A DNA stretch of 64,000 nucleotides, from contig NC_043006.1 of assembly GCF_006345805.1 (NCBI RefSeq), forward strand, positions 55,738,001 through 55,802,000. The letters are read 5' to 3'. This DNA is from Octopus sinensis. Taxonomy: Eukaryota. This document shows positions 55,936 through 64,000 of the stretch, piece after piece. Below the pieces are notes generated by a model, which saw only the letters and a list, made by a program, of their open reading frames with translations, was not told where the DNA came from and did no database searches. Numbering within the stretch: position 1 is the first letter of the stretch; each line of letters begins with the position of its first letter. A program made the position numbers and the translations under genes.

Positions 55936-56361
55936 TGGTCGTATTTTTATCATACACTTTTTCTGCACTACTGAGCGCAGCTCTGTGTGACTTGGGTTTG
56001 TTTTGGTATTGTTATTTTCGCTTTACGTAGTATGTGTAGTGCCTAGTGGTGCTATTTACTGTATGTTATATGTGTTTGTAAGTCCTGGTGTTTTGGTTGT
56101 GTATTTATTCGTCTGTATGTTTTTAATCATCCCTAATGTACCTGTAACTATAGGGATTGTTTCTATTTGTAAGGCCCACATTCGGGTTATATCTATTTCA
56201 AGATCTTTGTATTTTGAGAGTTCCTCTGTTTCTTTTAGAGATACATTGTCTTTTGTTAGGCATGATATATCGATTAGAAGGCATTTTCTTTCTTGATAGC
56301 CTCTGAAAACTATATCCGGTCTATTGGTCTTGATTCATCTGTCTGTGTATTGGCATATTTC
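55933..56361 (-). mobile_element. R4/Dong-type 3' fragment
   Basis: Colinear with 46260-46703 at lower identity. Confidence 0.85.
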
Positions 56362-56494
56362 ATTATTATCCATCACCACACCTCTTCCTCATCCTCCTCC
56401 TCAGCATCATAATCATTGTTATTCTTAAATTTATCATCATTATCTTCGTCATCGTCATTATTATTCATTCCGTTCATCATATACAAGTATGTGT

Positions 56495-56636
56495 GTACAT
56501 TATTTACATTTGACGGATATTTGTCCTCATCTTGTCTGTTGTTAACACAACGTTTCGGCTGATATACCCTCCAGCCTTCATCAGGTGTCTTTGGGAAATT
56601 TCGAACCAAGGTTCTCATTCCTAAGGTATTTTTCGA

Positions 56637-56638
<2 letters not shown>
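56495..56638 (-). mobile_element. Hammerhead-bearing tail of the proposed tRNA-(AAT)n-HHR element
   Basis: Near-identical to 58233-58375 (+); begins directly after (AAT)n. Confidence 0.8.
56544..56589 (-). ncRNA. Minimal type I hammerhead
   Basis: GACAC-CTGATGA-A-GGCTG gagggtatat CAGCC-GAAA-CG-TT-GTGTT. Confidence 0.7.
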
Positions 56639-56688
<50 letters not shown>

Positions 56689-56787
56689 GAGTGAGAGAGC
56701 AGTTCATGCCATCAAAGTGACACTGGGGTGAAATATACGAAGCCCAATATACCCATCATGACTACCCGTCTGATAAGGGTACACCAG
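56689..56787 (-). mobile_element. Non-coding TAA-inserted repeat, short copy
   Basis: Homologous to the 51115 and 56910 copies. Confidence 0.8.
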
Positions 56788-56851
<64 letters not shown>

Positions 56852-56861
56852 TATTGTTCTT

Positions 56862-56892
<31 letters not shown>

Positions 56893-56909
56893 TTATTATT
56901 ATTATTATT

Positions 56910-57406
56910 GAGTGAGTGAGAGAGCAGTGCATACTATAAAAGTGACACTGGAGTAAAATATATGAATCCCAGTATACCCATCATGACTACACGTCCGATA
57001 AGGGTACTCTAGGCACATGTATCACAACCATATGTGCGCGACATGCTGATCTCATATCAAGATAAACAGCACATGGCCTTGCAGGTGGGGCCCAGTTAGA
57101 ATTTTCTTCTCGTCGAGCAACCCACCCGGCCCAAAAGATGTTGAACGAACACCCATGTTTCCAGAGGTGAATTATTCAAACCCCAAAGAATCCCTCTCAA
57201 CACATGGCTATGACGCTCCCCCACTACTTCTGCTCGTGATCAGAGATACAAATATCGTCAGCCACTAAGGGACATGCTCAACTGGTTAAGGTCAAACAAC
57301 TGACAAGCAAATCTGTGGTATTGAGAATAGTATTTGCTGTAGCCCATCTTTTATACAAAGACAAAACAATGTATATGATAACACTTCCAATCAGTTAAGA
57401 TCAGAA
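56910..57406 (-). mobile_element. Non-coding TAA-inserted repeat, ~500-bp copy
   Basis: Longest copy; flanked by (ATT)n; no ORF. Confidence 0.8.
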
Positions 57407-57494
<88 letters not shown>

Positions 57495-57497
<3 letters not shown>

Positions 57498-58009
57498 TAG
57501 TTTTATTTTTATTTTTATAGCGTGCTTTCACTTCACTACCGAGCGCAGCTCTGTGTGCCTTGGGTATGTGCTGTGATTTGTTGTGATGCTCTGATGGTTA
57601 TTGTATGGAAAGTGTTCTGCGTAGGATGTGTGCAGTGCCTAGTAGTGCAATTTTCTGTATGTTATATGTGTTGTAAGTCCTGGTGTTTTTGTTATGTATT
57701 TGTCTGAATATTTTTTTATCATGCCTAATGCACCTACTATGATAGGAATTGTTTCTGTTTTCAGATTCCACATTCTAGTTACCTCTATTTCCAGGTCTTT
57801 GTATTTTGAGAGTTTCTCCATTTCTTTTAGAGACACGTTATCATCTGCCGGTACTGATACATCAATTAGAAAGCATTTTTTTCTTCATGGTCTCTGACAA
57901 CTATATCTGGTCTGTTGGCCTTAATTTCTCTATCTGTGTGTATCGGCATATCCCAGAGTATGGTTGCTTTCTCGTTTTCTGTGACCTTTTCTGGTGTGTG
58001 CCTATATCA

Positions 58010-58011
<2 letters not shown>
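57495..58011 (-). mobile_element. R4/Dong 3' fragment, same subfamily as 42756-46703
   Basis: Near-identical to the reverse complement of ~46190-46703 (MSLKEMEKLSKYKDLEIEV...). Confidence 0.93.
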
Positions 58012-58095
<84 letters not shown>

Positions 58096-58098
<3 letters not shown>

Positions 58099-58167
58099 CT
58101 CACTGCTTGGAATCGAACTCGGAATCTTGGGGTTAGTAACCCGCACTCTTAACCACTATGCCATATG
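58096..58167 (-). mobile_element. tRNA-like Pol III head followed by (AAT)n
   Basis: Reverse complement CATATGGCATAGTGGTTAAGAGTGCGGGTTACTAACCCCAAGATTCCGAGTTCGATTCCAAGCAGTGAGCTG: A-box TGGCATAGTGG, B-box GAGTTCGATTCC. Confidence 0.85.
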
Positions 58168-58185
58168 ACCTGAATAATAATAATG

Positions 58186-58233
<48 letters not shown>

Positions 58234-58404
58234 TCGAAAAATACCTTAGGAATGAGAACTCAGGTTCGAAATTTCCCCAAGACACCTGATGAAGGCTGGA
58301 GGGTTATTAGCCGACACGTTGTGTTAACAACAGAGAAGATGAGGACAAATATCCGTCAAATGTAAATAATGTACATAATTCCCCATCTCTTAAATATAGA
58401 ACTG
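58167..58404 (+). mobile_element. Inverted headless copy: GACCTG-(AAT)n-HHR tail (core mutated, GACA for GAAA)
   Basis: Head-to-head with 58096-58167; HHR-like motif at 58281-58325. Confidence 0.8.
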
Positions 58405-58864
58405 AGGTATGTGCGTATTTATTGTTTTGCTCTGTGATTAAAAACAAAGTTGTTTTATGAATTGTGTAATTTTATTGAATTTTATAAGAAAACTTCCTGA
58501 ATATTCATGTTGGAATTGCTGAAAATAAAAATTACACGCAGTTGTTTCATTCACATTTCTTACATAAGTGACATCGAATAGATCAGCGTGAACTAATTCT
58601 CTATGGAAATATTCACTTGAATGTAAATTCTTGAATGATTCATATCGCACATGAACAGGAAAAGAATCTGGAGTTTATTCGACTTCGCAAAAATCGCATG
58701 CACACGAAAATCTAAACAAACATGAAAAATGACAAGATACTTAACAAATGTAGACTTTTGTGGAAGTTCTATTTAAAAGCTCAAACGAGCTAGGTGAATA
58801 GGTTTACCCAACAGAAAAGTATCATGATAGCAAAAATTACAATACATCTGCACATACACGAGTG

Positions 58865-58963
<99 letters not shown>

Positions 58964-59029
58964 CATCCATCCATCCATTGAATACCATTCTATCACTGTA
59001 TTGAGCAGACTATCAGATATTTTTATACA

Positions 59030-59210
59030 CCGTTGGTCACGTTGTGTTTCCTCGCATTGTTGCAGCTTTCAAATGATGCCACTCCGCCGGATAGGCAGGC
59101 AGGCAGGCAGGAAGACCAACTTTGTTTCTGAACATAATGCCAGCTCGTCGCAGGATGGCTCATATAGAGCAACGTGAGATGAAGTGTTTTGCTCAAGAAC
59201 ACAACGCACA
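59030..59210 (-). mobile_element. SINE family B 3' part
   Basis: GAGCAACGTGAGATGAAGTGTTTTGCTCAAGAACACAACGCA; CGTTGGTCACG tail shared with the 40150 copy. Confidence 0.65.
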
Positions 59211-59249
59211 GACGCAAATAATGCAATATTATATATATATATATATATA

Positions 59250-59350
59250 TGTATATAGGGGGAAGAATTCACGAAAACAGGTGGTGTAGAAAACAAACAG
59301 ATGTATTAGTATAACGCTCAGAGCCGACACTCTTCCACGGAAAGGAACAC
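59250..59350 (-). mobile_element. Deleted pLTR-like fragment related to 4500-4600
   Basis: Reverse complement CCGTGGAAGAG...GAGCGTT...CACCACCTGT...GTGAATTCTTCC. Confidence 0.5.
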
Positions 59351-59427
<77 letters not shown>

Positions 59428-59513
59428 TATGTATATATATTAAGCGTTATTTTTTCGTTGTTTGGGTTTAACTGCCCTTTTTAGCATGTAAGAAGTCTTG
59501 TCAAGGGTCTTTT

Positions 59514-59926
59514 CTTTACTCTTTTACTCTTTTACTTGTTTCAGTCATTTGACTGCGGCCATACTGAAGCACCGCCTTTAATCGAGCAACTCGACTCCGG
59601 GACTTATTCTTTTGTAAGCCCAGTACTTATTCTATCGGTCTCTTTTGCCGAACCGCTAAGTAACGGGGACGTAAACACACCAGCATCGGTGTCAAGCAAT
59701 GCTAGAGGGACAAACACAGACACACAAAACACACACACACGCATATATATATACATATATACGACAGGCTTCTTTCAGTTTCCGTCTACCAAATCCACTC
59801 ACAAGGCTTTGGTCGGCCCGAGGCTATAGTAGAAGACACTTGCCCAAGGTGCCACACAGTGGGATTGAACCCGGAACCATGTGATTGGTAAACAAGCTAC
59901 TTACCACACAGCCACTCCTGCGCCTA
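59514..59926 (-). mobile_element. SINE family A, full-length reference copy (tRNA head, CORE-like middle, LINE-like tail)
   Basis: TAGGCGCAGGAGTGGCTGTGTGG head, B-box GGTTCAATCCC, GCACCTTGGGCAAGT core-like motif, (AAAAGAGT)n tail. Confidence 0.92.
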
Positions 59927-60346
59927 TGTGTATAAATCTTTATACACTCTTATATATAAAAACATTATGACTATTATTTCGCGTGCGAACCACTGGTAAT
60001 TAAGTATTTTATTTACTCTCATAATCTACATAGTAAAATTTTCCAAGTCTGAGGCCATATAGCACATAGTTTAAATTTATTTACTGCTGTGCTATCTGAC
60101 TATGCTAGCGCACTAATTTTGAACCCTTAATGTATAAAGATGGAGCTGCCTTGCGCATGTGTTTTCGATACGTATTAAAGCTACATAATTGTGCATTCTT
60201 TAGCGATCCCACTGAAGAACTACGGATGCCAAATTAATTTATTTTGGTCACCAATAGAGAAACTCGAGTATGGGATAAACTGCCCTTTTAGCTTTTAAGA
60301 AGTCCTGTCAAGAGTCCGGTCTCTGTGTATAAATCTGTGTACACTC

Positions 60347-60416
<70 letters not shown>

Positions 60417-61657
60417 GTATGTGCATGTAATCTATCTATTTTTCTTGATGGTTGGCTGCACGTATGTATGCATGTGCATGCATACATACATATATGTATA
60501 TAGTGAGAGAGAGAGAGAGAGAGTGAGAGAGAGAGAGATATATACTAAGTACTGGTAACTTTACTCGTTGGTAATTCCGTGTTCCTATTCAGAACTACAA
60601 ATATTCTGTAGAGTGCTTAATAACATTGATAACGAAGAGGAGGGTGGAGATTTTATTCACATCCAAAAAGTTCTTTATTTCAGAGCTTTTTTACAGCATA
60701 TTCATCTGACCTACATATGTTTCGACTGCAGCAACCGCACATTGCTTTGTATGCAATTATGCATTCTAGTCGTTGCAATTTCATCACGGCTCTATCACAA
60801 ACAATGATTTCAAAGTGATATGCATACATAAAGACACACACCCTAATGTTGTTAATGTACAAAACATGCTTTTACATAAATACATATAAATATTCATATT
60901 AAGTATGTATTCATATTTGTATGTACATAGTTTTGCAGCCGATTGATTAAAACGATATTGAAAATAAAACAAGGATTTTGTTAATTAGATGCGCTTGCCA
61001 TATTAAAAAGGAAAAATACATAAAATGAATATAAAACAAAAGTGAATGATGTAAATAAGTGAGGTAGAATCAAAATAAAATATTAAAAGACAGCATCAAA
61101 GAGCAGAAAATGGACGCGAAAGAGGTCAGAGTTCTCCAATGGAAAGTCTGTGAGCCGCTTGTCATTTCTGAAAAAGAAAATAGAAAACAAATTGAATTGC
61201 TTGTTTATTACGCCATGTTGTATTAGAATGATATAATATAATCAATATGATAATTTTTGTCACGTCTGTCTGACTGTCTGTCTTTCTGCCACACAACTTC
61301 CTGTTTACTTCACAACTCTCTTCTTTTTAACTCCTCTCTCTTTAATTGTACGTATGCGCACTCAGACACGCGCGTGCACACACAAAACAAACAAAGAAGC
61401 GCATACACGTTCTCAACGTAGAGGGCGCGTCTTTCCTGCAACCACTTCTCAATAAACTCCTCCTCCTCTCTCTCCTTGTATTGTATACTTACGTATGTAT
61501 GTATGTATGTATGTATGTATGTATGTATGTATGTATGTATGTATGTATGTATGTATGCATGTATGTATGTATGTATATATATATGTATTTATGTATGCAT
61601 GTATATGTGTGTGTGTGTATGCACGTATACACACAACTCTTCTTTCTCTTTCTCCTC

Positions 61658-61698
<41 letters not shown>

Positions 61699-61889
61699 AT
61701 ATATATATGAACACTCCCCACTCATCCCCACCTACACTCTACTCAACATGATCTAAGCAAGCTTACTGCAAAATAGAAAGAAAATCATGAACTTCCGTTC
61801 TTCAAATTCCTCGTAGGAAAACTTAGGAATAGATACTTGTTCTTTGTTAAATTTTAATAAGTTACTTTCTTCACAATAATACAAAGTAT

Positions 61890-62440
<551 letters not shown>

Positions 62441-62501
62441 GTTTGTATGTATGCTCGTCTGTCTTTGTGATTATTTTTGAATCTGTCCATTCATCAGTCC
62501 G

Positions 62502-62533
<32 letters not shown>

Positions 62534-62949
62534 TACCACGATTTCTCATCGTTCTAACGTATGCATTCAATGGTCAGTTGGGTGTTGCTCTGAGTAAAGT
62601 CGGGGATCAATCAGGCATTAAGATTTTTGCTAGTCAAATCAATTTACTATACCAAAATCTCACAGGTACTGTAATCAAGAAAATGTTAAAGTCACAAAAA
62701 ATATTGCATATGCAGACAATGACATAGCTAGAGCGGGTGCCTCGGGGCTTGTTGCTACTGCTCCACACCATCTATACAGGCCGTTATAGTAGACTCAAAT
62801 ATGCTTTCCTCATAAGAGTGTTGCCCATTTACCCCTTCCCAACTACGCTGCTCTTTACAAACACCGTCAACATTTTCTGTCAGTAGTTTGTGATATAGAA
62901 TGTATACAGAAAAAAAAAACTTCTAAGATCTCAAGTGCATTTTGATCTA

Positions 62950-63900
62950 ATAAATATTTCTTATTTTTCTATATCTCTCTTTATCTCGCAACAGTGTTGG
63001 AAGTTGCCTTCGTTGAAGTTGGATTGGTGATTTACATCCAGATGCAGCGTGATGCTGATATGTTCAATACTACACGGTATCTAGCAAAGACGCGTACTTC
63101 GAAGGCCCTAGAGTGAGAGATGCTGTTTGCTGATGATAGTGCGGCGGTTGCCCACAACGCCGAAGATTTTCAGAAACTGGTAGAAAATTTTACCGGAGCT
63201 GAATAGCAGTTCAGCTTAAAGTTTAATATCAGAAAAATCGAATGCCTTTACCAACCTGTGGAGAATTTAGCTGCTCCTGTAACAGAAGAAAACATCACAT
63301 TTAAACATGAAAGGCTGGCCCAGTACAAAGTATTCAAATATCTAGGCAGTACCATCTCAGATAATGCATAACTGGGCCAGGAAATCACGAACAGAATGAG
63401 CAGAGCTAGTACTTCATTTGGCAAGCAGCAGAAGAAAAATAGGCATGTTTCTATACGTGTCAAATGCAAGGTATACCAGATTATAATGCTTTCTTCCCTA
63501 CTGTGTGGAGTTGGACTTGGAGAGTCTACAAACCTCGTGTAGACAAGTTACAGGCATATGCCATGAGACGGTTACTATGAATTATAAATAATGCTCTTTT
63601 TAACAGGATCACGAATGAAGAGATCCTAAGAAGCGTGCTGGTCTGCTTCTTACGATGGAAATCGTGATTGATAGAAATTTACGTTGGTTGGGTCACGTAC
63701 ACAGGACAGACAATGACACACCCCACACTCCCCAGACAAATCTTTTACTTCCAATTATGCAAGGCGAAAAGATACCGTGGAAAACCTAGAGAGATTCAAA
63801 GATACTGCAAAATATAGTATGAAGTTGAATTGATCAGAATAAATGGCATACTCAAACGAAAGACCAGCCAGTATGAAGAAAACGTATCAAGTCATGCCAA
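62950..63900 (+). mobile_element. Decayed RTE-clade LINE, RT C-terminal part
   Basis: EMLFADDSAAVAH..EDFQKL, FKYLGSTIS, ITNRMSRASTSFG, KCKVYQ..LSSLL, LRWLGHV.R, with stops. Confidence 0.85.
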
Positions 63901-64000
63901 AGCCACGAATAGTCATAGTTGCGACAATTGACTGCAGATAATATTTCAATACTGACTTACCTTTTCTTACGTAATTCTTTCTCGAATAAGTACCTATATT

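Noticed and set aside
58096-58167. A functional tRNA gene
   Set aside because: A and B boxes and an anticodon-like arm are present, but there is no acceptor stem and it runs straight into (AAT)n, so it is a SINE head.

Overview
AT-rich eukaryotic, microsatellite-saturated, repeat-dominated DNA. It is most likely from an octopus or other coleoid cephalopod; this is inferred from recurring tRNA-headed SINE families and the SSR load, not from a database hit. I found no host exon, rRNA, true tRNA gene or CRISPR array. Most ORFs in the track are translations of microsatellites. The real coding remnants are all transposon-derived: several Penelope-like element (PLE) fragments (RT and/or GIY-YIG), a 5'-truncated CR1/L2-group LINE with an open RT frame, a Tc1 element with IR/DR ends whose N-terminal part was replaced by a near-identical copy of DNA from 4 kb upstream, an L1/Tx1-type ORF1-only element, a decayed mariner, a near-full-length R4/Dong-type RLE LINE plus an array of its 3' ends in (TAA)n, and an RTE fragment. 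The most striking unannotated layer is RNA structure. About eight well-formed and more than ten decayed minimal type I hammerhead ribozyme (HHR) motifs are present, often with a 5'-inverted partial copy, and two families carry a U3-A8 core variant. The best candidate for an undescribed system is at 56.5-58.4 kb. It can be reconstructed as a short element made of a tRNA-like Pol III head, an (AAT)n tract and a hammerhead-bearing PLE-type tail, and its AAT tract has been repeatedly invaded by TAA-targeting R4/Dong elements. All ribozyme calls are by-eye folds and untested.
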